Assembly: GCA_045837725.1 (NCBI GenBank)
Contig: JBEWZL010000114.1
Location: 1 to 55,623 of the forward strand
Source: Vermamoeba vermiformis
Lineage: Eukaryota
Length of the DNA: 55,623 nucleotides
Reading direction: 5' to 3'
Every line of letters starts with the position of its first letter. Position 1 is the first letter of the stretch. Below are positions 16,942-29,694 of this stretch, piece after piece. The notes under the pieces are model-generated. The model was not told the DNA's origin, searched no databases, and saw only the letters and a program-made list of their open reading frames with translations. The position numbers and the translations under genes are program-made.

Positions 16942-19900
16942 ATGGCGTCAGATAGTCCGTCATTCGGTTCACCGGTCATTATCAGCACCTCAACGCTTGA
17001 GATGCGGATGGGCCAGGCAAGTCCATTAAGTCTTGATTGCCTAAAGATTCTCTTGGCTATTTATTATTAATTTATTTATAATATGAAAAATATTCTAATT
17101 ATTTATGTCTAGGATGCTATTGAAAATTTGCGTAAGAGATTGGCTCAGTTTGTTGCTATTGCTGGATCTGGAATGTTTGACTTGCAAATTCAAAATGCTG
17201 ATTTTATTAAAGCTATTTCAATATCACCATTAGTAGATGATACTCGCAAATAGTAAGTGCACTCTTTTCAATGCCTATTATTTTAGGAAAATTTGAAACT
17301 GATATTCTTTTGAGTTAAAATTACAAATGTAAGATATATTGATATATTTTTATATTAAAATATCAGGATTATTGACGAACGATCCTAAATTAGCGTTTGG
17401 AAAGTTGGATCACAAGTTCAATTTACAATCGAAAAATCTGTTTGATATTAATTAAAATTTTATTAAGCATGCGCGCAGTGGTTCAAAATTATGTAGAAAA
17501 AGAAGAAGTATTAAAAATGATGAATAATTTAGCTGCTGCAATTGAACGAAAAGAAACTGTTGAAGAGAAACAAGACATTCAATCGGCACTGCGATTTATT
17601 TTTGATTTATTGAACGATCATAAGAACAAGAATAGAGTGTTGGAGATTATGAACGCATTTTCGGCGGATTTATTGAATTACGTTAAAATGGTACGTGGCA
17701 TCCGAGATCCAACCAAAAAAATTATTTTTACGCCAGATCCATTCCAACCAAATCAATATTATGCACGCGGATAATATTAACATAGTATCGTGCATGATTT
17801 TTGGTAATTTTTAAAGAATTTAACGTTAAAGCAAAAAGAATTAGTTTCATTTTTTGACATTGGGTTTTATTTCATAGGATTCAGCCAATAGCATTGCAGC
17901 AATTTATCGCTATTTTTACACGGTGCAATTAGCCGACTCAAAGTGGCGTGAGCTGCTCGAAGGCATATTTGACGTCGGTGATTACTTGTGCTGCGGTGTG
18001 TCGATCGGCAAAGGAAGTTACGGCAAAGTGCTCAAAGGTACGAATGAAATTTCTGCAAAGCTTTGTTCATGAAAATTAAGCTCTATTATCAATATTATTC
18101 GTTATTCGCGATTTGATTAGATCCGCTTCAGTTCTTTAAAAATTTAGCTCCTTGAACAGCTTTTGCTATAATCCATTTCGTACATTAACAAGTTTTGATT
18201 ATTAATACTATTTTCGGTTATATTCAGGTTTTCATAAGGAAACTGGTGGCATTGTAGCGGTCAAGCAAATAGATCTGTTCGACAAATCTCCGCGTGTGAT
18301 TGAAGCACTGAACAGAGAAAGCAAAATGTTGAAGTATATGAACCATCCTAATATTGTACGTATCACAATTGATCTAAGCTTACCATTTAAGGAAATTTCA
18401 TTTTTTGTTTTTTTTTTTGACGCCAGATCTCTCAGTCATTTAAGCCTACAATTAACCTTATTATTTAATTTAGATCCGATTATACGATGCCGTTAAAGAC
18501 CATCGTCGCATGTATTTCGTGATGGAGTACTGTCCCATGGGTGATTTAGACGAGTGGATCAAAGACCAGTACACGACCAACCAGTCCATTCAACTCTCGG
18601 TGATTGTGCACTTAATGAAAGGAATCAGTAAGACAAGAGTATATAGTAATATATATACATACTAATATATTGATTATTAGCTAACGCGTTGAAGTTCTTG
18701 CGAAGTCAAAATATTGTGCATCGAGATCTGAAGCCCCAAAATATTCTTTTGACGCAAGAGAACGGTGATTTGCAGCCCAAATTAATGTAGGATAATCAAT
18801 AATTAATAGCCATAAATATATAAGGCATTAAAGCGATTACTAACATTTTTTGTTTTGTTAGTGACTTTACTAGTGCTCGTGAAGTGAACGAAGGACAAAT
18901 GTTGAAATCGATTTGGGGCACACCTCTATATATGGTAATGATATATATAATATTCTTATTAGTTCTGCATCGTACTAATTATTTTTTTAGGCGCCTGAAG
19001 TTTTGTCTGGCAGGCCGTACTCCGAAAAGGCCGATTTATGGTAAGTTATTATAAAGATAGTTATTAATAGCGAATATTAATATTTATTGAAATTAGGTCA
19101 CTCGGTGTAATCTTGTACAAATTATTATTCGCAGCTCTGCCGTTCAATGCTAATACACCACAAGATCTCGTCAAAAATATTAACGTAGGAAATATATAAG
19201 TATTATATTTTATAGTACTAATATATTAATATTAATAGACGAAGAAACTTTATATTCCGCCTAATCAGCTACCGCCCGAAGTTTTGAACTTGCTCGAGTC
19301 ATTATTGCAAGTCGATTACCAAAAAAGGTAATAACAATTTAAATAGTTATATACTATGATAGAATAAGCTCGATATTAATATAATGCTATTGCATAGAGT
19401 ATCGACCACTGATTTCTTTTGTCATCCGTTCTTCGCTTGCGCGGATAAAAATAGAAACAGTACGCCACGCTCCAAAGACCAAATTGAAGCGTTATTAGCG
19501 GAAAATCAAGAGTTGGAAATGTTATTGAGCAAATATAAGGAGACTGCGATTAATTACGAAGAGCTCATTACCAAGTTGAAGTTGGATGTGTTCAATTTGA
19601 CGTCTGCGAACTCTGATTTGAAAGAAAAGATCGAAGTGCATCATAATAATGAGAAGAAGTACCAAGAAGATCGAGAGGTAAGTACTTTAATTAAAAAAAA
19701 TTCGGATCGCGTACCCAATCGAAACAATTCGTATTTTATTGCTACATGCCCTTTTGAGGCCTCAATATTCTTCGAAATCGTTTATTTTACTGGTTTACTC
19801 TCGTTCGGATTAGTTCCCAAGCGTTTTGTAACGGAAGGAAATTTCGATATTTTTATCAATTTTATTTTTAACTTTTTTTTTTGCTTAGCACTTAATGAAC

Positions 19901-20837
19901 CGGATAGATCAATTAGAAAAAGAGAACGGCGAGTTAGTTCAAGAGAAATTAGCGCATAAAGCTGATGACGACTTGGTCAAACTTCTCGAGAAGGATCTGC
20001 GTAACAAGACGAAGCAATTCGAAGAAGAAAAGCAGTTATTGACTCAAAATCATAACGCCGTATTAATTAAGATGAAAGAAGAGCTTGAAACGACGAAGAA
20101 AGAAAACGAAATTTTGAAAGATCAAGAAAGGGACAACCGAGGCTTGAACGACGTTATTGAAGCTCTTTCAGCGGAGTTAGCCAACGCAGAAAATGCTATG
20201 AATAATTTATATTCCGAGAAAGAAATAATTATGAAAGAAAAAGACGAGTTAGAAGCCGCGAATATTGCTTTAAAAGCGGATCTGCAACGGTACATTAAGA
20301 AGGCTCATGAAGTCGGTGACATTAATACTACTAGTTCAAATCAAAAGACGAAGCAATTAGAAGATCAAGTCGCTTCATTGACCGTTGAAGTTAAGCGCTT
20401 GAATACTCTTCTTGACAGCGTTGGATTGCAACTCGAACACGTACAAAAAGAACGAAACAAATTCGAGGATGAATTGACTGCTGTTCTTGAACAAGGACGA
20501 CGTAAGTACTTAAAATAGATCGATAATTTATAATTACATAAGAGCATTATCGAAATTTTCAAACATTTCCGGATCCAGATCCGAATCTTAAATGAGAGTT
20601 TTTTTTCTCAAGTTTTTTTATGTACCCAATATGATCCATATGCAATAAGTTATTAACATTATTTTAACAACAGAAAAAGAATTGCAGACCGATGAACTGG
20701 TGCACGAACTCGATGAACTCAAATTGCGTGTCAAGAAGCTTGAAACGGACAAAAAGCAGCTCGAAGAAGAGTTGAAGACTGCGCACAACAATTTACACGA
20801 TATTTTATCGTCCTTCACGCAGAATAATAATAATTAG
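16942..20837 (+). CDS. ULK/Atg1-like Ser/Thr kinase with C-terminal coiled coil
   Basis: IGKGSYGKV, VAVKQI, HPNIV, HRDLKPQNILL, DFT, GTPLYMAPEV, KADLWSLG; long heptad-rich tail; first intron is GC-AG. Confidence 0.82.
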
Positions 20838-20959
20838 GACGATGTCGTGATACGAATACGTGTTCTTGTATTATAGTAGTTTTATTAAATTGATCAGTAC
20901 TTAGCCCTAATACTATCTTACAATAGTTTTCTATCTAACTACAAAAAAATTCTTGGAAT

Positions 20960-21958
20960 TTAATCGTCGCACTGTTTTTTCTCATCAGCAGGATTTGCTT
21001 CTTCTTCGTCAGACAAGTTATCTTCAAAATCATTATTATCACTGTTGGAGTCACTCGAAACCGAATCATTGTCACAGTGGCTCCATTTGTCACATCGCGC
21101 ACATTGGGGCCTTTTGCATCTGTAACAATTGTTACCGACAATCTGCAAAGAAAAAGTCAGTACGACGTCAAAAGTATAAGGTCTCTTAAACACTTACAAC
21201 AGCCCAATCAGCACAATGTTCGCAGTCAACAGCACAGTTGACGCAGTATCTTGTGTCTTCAGCTCCGTACACTGGCCATCTAAATCGCCTGTCCTTGCAG
21301 TTGAAACAAAATTCGTTGCCGCATTCACCGCATTCGAAGAATTTGAAAGGAGTCTCAACGTTGCAATTATGACAATTAATTGTTTCGTAATCAAGTCTCC
21401 ATTCAATTTTCCAAGCCTCGCCATTGGTTTTGACGCACGCACTACAAGTCATTATTTCTCCGAATTCGCCTGACTTATCCAAAAAATTATCGCACAGCGG
21501 GCAATGCTTTTCGTCAAACTCTTCGCCTTCTAGTACTTCAAGGGTCTCTTCACTGAATTTTCGAAGCCTGACATTATTCATCAAAATAAATACAAGATCT
21601 GACGAGTAACGTACTTAATGTAAGTTTGAATGAAAGTTTGCGAATTCATATGCTTCATGACATTCGAATAGAATGTTGGCCACTTCTTAGAGCTGTTTTC
21701 GTGCCAAATCTTCATAATAATGCCGTGCATTATTTTCGAGGAAAATGCAAGAGATTTTTGATCCCGTAGGGCTCGTTGTGCGCTTCGTTTCTCCTCATTC
21801 AACGTGACAATGTGATGCCATATTTCAGGAGGGAGAGGGACATTTGGGCGTTCTTCGACTGCTTCAGAAGGCATCGCCAGATCCGGCGATTGTTCTTCTA
21901 TTCTTCTTTTTTTCATTGGATAGCTATCTCCTATTAGTGAACTGGCTCGTCGCTTCAT
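20960..21958 (-). CDS. F-box-like protein with Cys-rich (CxxC) C-terminal region and acidic tail
   Basis: LPPEIWHHIV motif near the N-terminus; downstream exons carry many CxxC pairs; short introns near 21585-21613 and 21145-21195. Confidence 0.55.
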
Positions 21959-22528
21959 GTGGTGCTTGCTTGCTGCTTGACTTAAAGAAAAAAAAGATCG
22001 ATTTTTTTCAGCGGGCGGCGGACACTTGATTAAGTCTTTCTTTGGTCTCGTTTTCGTTGCTTAAAATTTGTAACGAAACAAATATTTTCGTTCGTGCTGA
22101 AGTGCCACATTGCTACCCTCATTCTCAGATCTATTTGTTCTAGGCGACAAGCCTTTCCTCGTTCTTCTTGCTTCTCGAAGCTGCCCTATGTCGTCCGCCG
22201 TTCCTCGCGACAATTTGTTGTAGCAAATCTGCATTCATCGACTGCTCGCAGCTGCGCGAATCTATGTCAAAATCATGACGGACCGTTTTATGCAAGCGGA
22301 CTTTAGTAGTAAAACTCGCAACTAACGTCAAAAATGTTTTTTTCAGGTGGAATTTAGTAGAAAAATAGTAAGATATTATGTAGGTAATTAATCGTGTAGC
22401 AAACACGTCAATTTAGTGTCAGAAAAAAATTAGAAAATTGTTGTATTTAAACAGACATCGATAGAAGATGACTAAATCAATTATAAATACCATCGCTGTA
22501 ATATTGGAGCATTCGCGAACTCAACAGT

Positions 22529-24256
22529 ATGGAGCAGCCAATTCAAAACGGTCAGTTCGTTGTATTGACGAAGGGGAATTGGGCAGTGTTGCAAGTTCTA
22601 CCAACCGGCAGAGCGATTAGAAATAATGAAGTGAAGGGTAGTGTTGATATTCAAGTCGCTAAATTAGCCAATCAATCCTTGGTAAGCCCATCTGTCAAAT
22701 AAATTAAATAATTATCCATCGTTTCAAAATTACTAAATAAATTCGATTAATACATTCCAATACTTTTACGTATTTTTCCAATTAATCTAACCGAGTTTGC
22801 TAGATCACGCTCGATAAACTTACTTTGGATGTCTTCCCTAGCAACTCAGGAACGTCTATGCAGTCAATAAATGTTCCTGATTACCTTGGTGCAGGTATGA
22901 GATAAATACTAATTGTTATTAGTGCTCCGTGTTGGATCTGACAAGTTATTTTTGAAGTCACCGGCAACAAATTCTGCTTCGTTTATTTGGCCGAAAAGGA
23001 CCAACGGATATTCGCAGTATATGAAATCGATGAATCAAATAAGAAAGTAGTTCATCAGGGCCAATTTGAGATCAAGAAGGATCCAGTTGTGGACACGCCA
23101 GCTGAGAATACGGAAGAAAAGAAAGACGATGATAAGAGCAAGGACAAAAAAGAAAAAAAGAACAAAAAAGAGAAAAAGAGCAAGGATAAGAAGGATAAGA
23201 AAGAGAAGGATACTAAGACTAAAAAGCCGCAGAATAAAAAAGAATTTGTTCCGACCGCAATAATGGCCATTAAAGACAAGGTATTCTTGGTAAGTGCATT
23301 ATTTTTCCTGATATATTAAAATTTCAATGATAGCTACTAATTCGATTATTATCAGGGGTTCCCTGGCTTCGTTGGTTATGTGGATCTGACTCAGCCTACG
23401 CTTTCATTGAACTTGTTTCATGAATGGCAAGAACAAGTATGGGGCGACCACTTTCTCAAAACAAGTAAGTATGACTTAATCGATGAGCGAATCTAGTAGA
23501 TCGCACGACTGACCTTTCTTCTCTAGTCGATGCATTTGCGTTCGACTCTACAGTGCCTAATAGCGAGTTGGTGGCGATTGACGATGTTGTTTGGCCTAAA
23601 TACGCTTTCACATACAACGTGTCGCAACATGTGCCGAAGGTACGTTTTGACACAGATTTTCTTTCGTTCATGAAACTTACACCTGTTCACAGAACGTGGG
23701 AAGATTTGACTTGCCGAGTGGAAGCAACGAGCATTGTATGGACGCAGTCAAGCACGGCAATAGGTTGATTTTGACGGCCAGATCCAGCACCAGCGGTGGG
23801 TACGCTAACCGAATTGTCGTACTTGAAGGCACAAAAGCGATTTGGACTATAGCAGAACGACGGTCTTCTGGAGGACAGATGAAATTGTTTGCAGGCGATG
23901 AGTGGACCACTCCTTCGTCCGTTGGATTGTTGAACGGAAATGTCATTGTGATTACAGCAGGTAAACGCGGTGTAATTGCCATGCCGATCGATCAAATCAA
24001 AACTGTCAAAGAAGAGATGTACGGACGTGAATATGACGTGCCAAAACCTCACGCCGTAAAAAATTTGCGCGTTGGCGTGTCATCGGAAGAACTTGTCACG
24101 GTCAAAGAAAAGTCAACGGCATACGTCCTGAGCACTACTAATGAAGGCGTTAGCGTGCTTAGTGAAGTCAAATGGAACGAACAGACAAAGGATCTTGAAG
24201 TCAGCGGCAGTCATCAGCTTCAAGGCTCGTACGATCGGTTGTTCATGGAAGTCTAA
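22529..24256 (+). CDS. Uncharacterised multi-exon protein with Lys-rich insert
   Basis: ATG at 22529, GT-AG introns, in-frame exons ending ..GSYDRLFMEV*; no recognisable family motif. Confidence 0.55.
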
Positions 24257-24297
24257 AAGTGACACCTGTCATTGATTTTGTATTTTACAAATGAACT

Positions 24298-26071
24298 TTA
24301 TTTTAGTAAAGATTGTAAAAACATTGCAAAATCAAAATCAGTGAATGAATACGATAAATACTCAAACACGTGCAACCAAATCTCGATCGGCAAAATGAAC
24401 GAAACAGGTTTTGTGACAATCATTTTGATCAACAGACATGTGTCTCCAATAATTTGATCTTGAGTGTCGCGATTGTTTTTGAGTTTTTCTTCCAAATAAG
24501 GGTACTCTGAAGCGCCTTCAATGAACCGCAGTGTTTTGTTCGATTTGAGCAGATCCAAAATAAAATCGTCAGCTGCGTTGCCATTTACAGGGCTATGCTC
24601 AAAATCTAGATCTCTAATCTTCGTCATATGCAATTCCAACAGCGTTGCATTTGTCTTCAAAGCTTCAATGAACATTTTGAAAACAGCGTACTGCATTCTC
24701 GGAACTTTAACGTTTAATTTTCGCAGCGTCTTATTGATGCTTAATGCTTTAGCTAGATGCAAATATGTATCAACGCTGTATATTTCGAATGGCTGCGTTA
24801 TATTTAGCTCTTTTAACGAATGATTTTGTTCCAAGAATTTTCGTAATGCTCTGCTGGCATGACTAGTGCTTTCAACGTTCAATCTTGTTAGTGTTTGATT
24901 TTGACATAGCTCGGAAAATAGTATTTCGTAATCTAGTGTTTTAGACTCGCAGGAAATGAGAGTCAGATCTGTTATTGTAACGTTGGATCCCAGATTCAAC
25001 AAAGAAAGTTGTTTCTTTGAAAGGTCCACGTCTATTAATTCTAATTTCTTGATAGTCTTGTTGATACTAAGTATCTCGCCAAACATTTTGCAATCGAGTG
25101 GATTTTGGTGGATCGTAAGATCTGTTATCGAAGTGTTCGCTTTAAATTCTTCCGCTAATTGTCCTATATTTATCGTGTTGGATAATCCACCTTTCAATTT
25201 TAATTTCGTCAAATGATTCGCTTCCAAGACTTGTTTAAATGATTCATAATTTTCGGGTTTGACCGAACCCCAATGCCAGTATTCTCTAATTTCATTTGAT
25301 ATTAATATTTCGCATAATTTTTCTAATCTTTCGTATTGTAAATTCGTCTCGCCTTCAATTTTAATCGATTTGATGGATCTGTTTGTTTTTAAACTTTCTA
25401 ACAGTACGTCGTAACAATCTGCCGGCAGGAACGCGTTTGAAATAATTAATTCTTCGAATTTATAGTGCTCCATGTTGCTGCAGAATATTTTAAATCCTTC
25501 CATTGATACTTCTGTCGTCGCTCGGTTAGAAATTTCGAAAACCTTGATCCACTCGTTTACTTTCAATATTTGAGCTATTCCAGCCATTAAATGCACTTCA
25601 AAATCATTGTACACCATGGATATTTTTGTTACGCTTCTATTATGCTCTGTCAAGCACGTAACGAATTTTTTCAAATCCGATCCGGTCAATGTGGCGAGCG
25701 TTATTTGCCGAATTGTTGTATTCTTATTTAGTACTTCAATAACAGGTGCCAGTGGTTCGCCTATCAAGTCTATAAAGTTGAGTGTTGTGAAGTTTGGATC
25801 GAATCTGAACCGTTTTTTGGTTTGAAGGCAATTTAATAGCTGCTCGGTGGTCGTAATATTCGCCTTAATAGACAATTAGATCATAGGCACTTCAAATGCG
25901 TTGCAGAATTAATTACAAATTTTTACAATTAATTTAATAATAATTTTTTCTTTTAATTACCCTTATCTGTACGGGTATTAGACTCGTTGTATATGATAAC
26001 TTATTTACCTTTGTTGCATCAAGCTTGGCTTTCTTTTTTTCTTTTTTGTTCTCGGATTTATGCTTTTTCAT
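24298..26071 (-). CDS. RNI-like LRR protein with C-terminal F-box-like motif (paralog A; Lys-rich first exon)
   Basis: Repeated 'LKxNxTLxxL' units; C-terminal LPIEIWLHVFEYL; exon 1 MKKHKSENKKEKKKAKLDATK|gtaaat. Confidence 0.8.
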
Positions 26072-26592
26072 TTATCTTGGGTTGAAACGGTAATTCGCAA
26101 GATCAAACCAACAATTATACCAGTACTAAATGTCTTTAATACCAATTTGTGTCAGTGCCTCATTTTTGGTGCACCAACCATTTTATCGCGGTTTGAAGAT
26201 TTTTGAACGTTCAATGCATCTTCGTCCCAGCACTAGTTACAACAATTAACACACGAGGAAAAATGCATCAAATAGTTTGTATATTGTGCATCATGCTGAA
26301 CAGCTGTTAACGTCGTTTTCATGTGCAGATCGCGCATCGAGGATGAGGTAAGTCCAATTAATACAATAAATCCTTCTAAAATTATTGTAATAGTGCTAAT
26401 ATTTAGTTAATTTAGAAAATTCTAATTTCAGAAAATGCTGGAGCAGCGGCTCAAAATTGCCTCCCTCCGTTAATTTTTTTTCCTCCTTGCGACGGAACTG
26501 CCGCGGAAGCCTTAAAGCCGAGAAAATATAAATAGAGTGTTGAGGGGCTCGATATAAACACAAAAAAACCAAGCTAAAGAAGAATACAACAG

Positions 26593-26998
26593 ATGTCGCA
26601 ACAACAACAAAAATCATTGATCCTCGTCACTGGCGCTTCAGGCCAAGTCGGATCCACAGGCTACCATACGATTATCAATTTAGTCCAACACGGCTATCGC
26701 GTTCGAGCGTTAGTGCGCAATCTCGATGGCAGATCCGCTCGCTTGTCTGCTATTGGCCAGCCCGGAGACGTAGAAATCTTCAAAGGCGATATGCTCGATT
26801 ACAGCTCCGTCAGAGAAGCCGTAAAGGTAACGTTGGCAGTACAGATAAGGTACCTCTGCTGATTCTAATTGATCTTTTCATAGGGAGTCAAACGAATCTA
26901 CTTCTGTTTTCCAGTACGAGAAGGCATAGTGCAGGCAACGATAATTATGGCTCGTGCTGCTAAAGAAGAAGGCATCAAAGGCGTTGTTAATATCTCGT
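26593..26998 (+). pseudogene. NmrA-like NAD(P)-binding protein, 5' fragment
   Basis: ILVTGASGQVG Rossmann motif, VRALVR, GDMLD, one intron; family-like sequence stops abruptly after VVNIS. Confidence 0.7.
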
Positions 26999-27102
26999 CA
27001 AATAAAAAATATTTTGGCTTGTCAAAAAGTTTTGACGGTTTTGAAAAGCGTATCTTGTTTCAGTTCTTGTTTTGTGTTTTATTTTATTAACACCAACAAG
27101 TC

Positions 27103-28823
27103 ATGACAACAACGAAGGTGTTTACGATCGCGTTGCTCTTGACTGCCGCTTTAATGGCAACTTTGACGTCAGCCTCACAGTCAGTTGAACCAATCTGGCT
27201 CTCTCCACGTAAGTTAAATAAATAGATAATTACAATGAATTTAGAAAGATAAATATATAATTGCTATATTTAATTGGTGAATTATTATAAATCATTCGAA
27301 TTAACATTTTTATTCTTTCAGTATTGGTCGGCACCTATGAACCAGAGTATCCAGAACTCGGAGTTTGGACAAATACCTCTGTTGGTGCTGGTGATCGAAT
27401 CTATCAACCTATCGTCGCAATGGACTCGAATAAGACTCTTTGGATCTTGCATGGACAATCGCTTGCTACTGGATTCGCTGGCTATAACGTGTGGAACTAC
27501 GACCCTCAAACAGATCTGTATCGATGGGTCGCTGGTCCTGGAAACTCAACAACTAATCCTCGCAACGCTGGTGCGCTTCAAGTACCTTCTCCTGACAATC
27601 ACCCTGGTCAAGTTGTTCAAACTCCTGGCTCTATCGATCACAACGACAATATTTGGTTCATGACAACTCAGTACCTGGGTGAATTATGGATGTTCAACAC
27701 AACATCGCACTACTTCACGCGCATGAAAGGATTACACGGCGAAACTGATTTGGAAGTCTTTGGTACTCTTGGTCAACCAGCCGATGACGTGTCACCTGGA
27801 GATACTTATTCAGGCTGTCTTGTTGTCGACTCATCCAACAATTTGTGGCAAATCGCTGGTAGTACATATGGTAGGGTGCAAAATCACGTTTGGCACTTCA
27901 ACACGACATCGTACCAATGGACTTTCTTTGGAGGCAACATCAGTGATTATGGCACTCAACTTGTTCAAACAACATACGGCAATGATCCATATTATGGCGG
28001 TAGAGAATTTCAAAGCTGTGACATCGATGACAACGATCGGGTGTGGCTGTTTGGTGGGTACTTTCCTGGCTCAACTTACAACGATGTGTGGTCATATGAC
28101 ACGCGTACTCTTCAGTGGCAATTAGAGTTTGGATCAACTGCAAGCATTAACGCTAATGCAACGGTTGCAGTGGACAACAACTTTGATGCTGGCAATCATC
28201 CAGCTGCATCCTTCTTTACTTCATTTATTGAAAGGAAGGATGGCACTCTAATGCTAGTTAATGCTCAAAAGGGAACAAACGACGTTTGGCTGTTCCACAA
28301 GACACTGAAACAATGGAAGTTGGTCTACGGTGATGCGTTTAATCCAAACCCAAGTGGAAACTTCAGTCACTATCGTACACCTGGCTCAGTAATGCCTGGC
28401 TATCTGGAGAAGCACGGGAGTGCTCGTGGACTTAATACTGGTGGCGATGTCTTTACCTATGGTGGTGCAGCCGTCGGAATATCTTACAACAGCATTTGGT
28501 TGATTCCACAAGACCAGTGTGCGACCTCAACAAGCAACAACTGCTCATCTCACGCACGATGCATCGAACTTGATGTTGGATACTCATGTGAATGCAACAA
28601 TGGCTTCACTGGCGATGGATTCGTGTGTGAAAGTACACTCCCACCTTCATCACCGATCAGTCCTTCACCACCATCAGATGAGCCTGCTGCATCACCTCTC
28701 TCGTCCTCACAACCATCAAGTACACCTCATCGCAAGTCACAAGTGTCTCGTGGAGTGACAGTCGAGTCATCGTTGTTCAGCATTATATCACTGGTTGTGT
28801 TCGCTCTTGGATTGTTCTTTTGA
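27103..28823 (+). CDS. Secreted kelch-like beta-propeller + EGF domain + Ser/Pro stalk + C-terminal hydrophobic (GPI/TM) anchor
   Basis: Signal peptide exon; repeats such as VWLFGG..NDVWSYD..QW; EGF C..CSSHARC..CECNNGFTGDGFVC; hydrophobic C-terminus. Confidence 0.85.
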
Positions 28824-28916
28824 CAACGAATACCCCTTTGAAGATGAATTCCATATTCATTTTTAGTGATTGATAATAAAACTTTCCCAACAGCTTCATT
28901 GCAAAACTTAATCAAT

Positions 28917-29240
28917 AAGCTCCATGAGGTGGCTGAGTAGATACTGGGCCCTCCAAGGTAAGATAGTATTTTTTTCGGTACGAGTAGGAGACTATCTTTC
29001 TCGTATTGAACAGATGAATATTATGGATTTATATATGACTAGATTTATAACATAATGTACAGTGCATTATCATGATCTTTTATCAGATTGTCGGTGATTT
29101 AAACAAAATTTCCGATACCACAAAGAAAACGAGCTTGTGGACAAACAAAGCATGTTGGATGAGTTTTTACCGCGAGATCAACAGACCACCGTGGAGCAAT
29201 TTTTCGAGAAACATGTGCACTTATTCGACAGCCAAATGTA
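28917..29240 (+). pseudogene. Probable degenerate 3' remnant of the NmrA-like gene
   Basis: LHEVAE*ILGPP followed by a splice donor, and terminal exon ..FLPRDQQTTVEQFFEKHVHLFDSQM*, resembling NmrA-family C-termini. Confidence 0.4.
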
Positions 29241-29427
29241 GCGTTCTTGTTGTATAAGAGAACGACTAGATTTGTTGTTGTATGTTTATTAAGAACAAAG
29301 AGAATACAAGATCTGAGTTTACAACAATTATTTATACTTGCTCGGAATACTTTTGTACTCTTCGCAGAGTGTTCTAACGCTATTATCGGTAATAGTCGCA
29401 GCTTTGGGGCGAGAATAGCTCAAAGTA

Positions 29428-29600
29428 CACTAGAGGAAAGGTAACAGGGGGTAAAAACAGCGTTTTTGGCCACGGACAGTTTCACTCAGCAGCGATTTTC
29501 GAACGGGAGAAAACGCGAAAGAGAAAAAACGCTGTTTTCGGTAAGAGACGTTTTATTCGTTTTGATGTACAAACGTTTTTACACCGTTTTATAGCCTCCT
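29428..29600. repeat. Left TIR and subterminal CGTTTT/AAAACG repeats
   Basis: 17-bp TIR followed by several CGTTTT or AAAACG copies in both orientations. Confidence 0.8.
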
Positions 29601-29631
29601 CCGTTTCTTCTCGTTTCGGCCAGGCCTCCAC

Positions 29632-29678
29632 GAGTTCAGGACTTTGCGCGATGAAGAAAATCGCAAAGTCCTGAACTC
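29632..29678. repeat. Perfect 17-bp inverted repeat with 13-nt loop
   Basis: GAGTTCAGGACTTTGCG (29632-48) / CGCAAAGTCCTGAACTC (29662-78). Confidence 0.9.
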
Positions 29679-29694
29679 ACATCCACGAAGGCAA

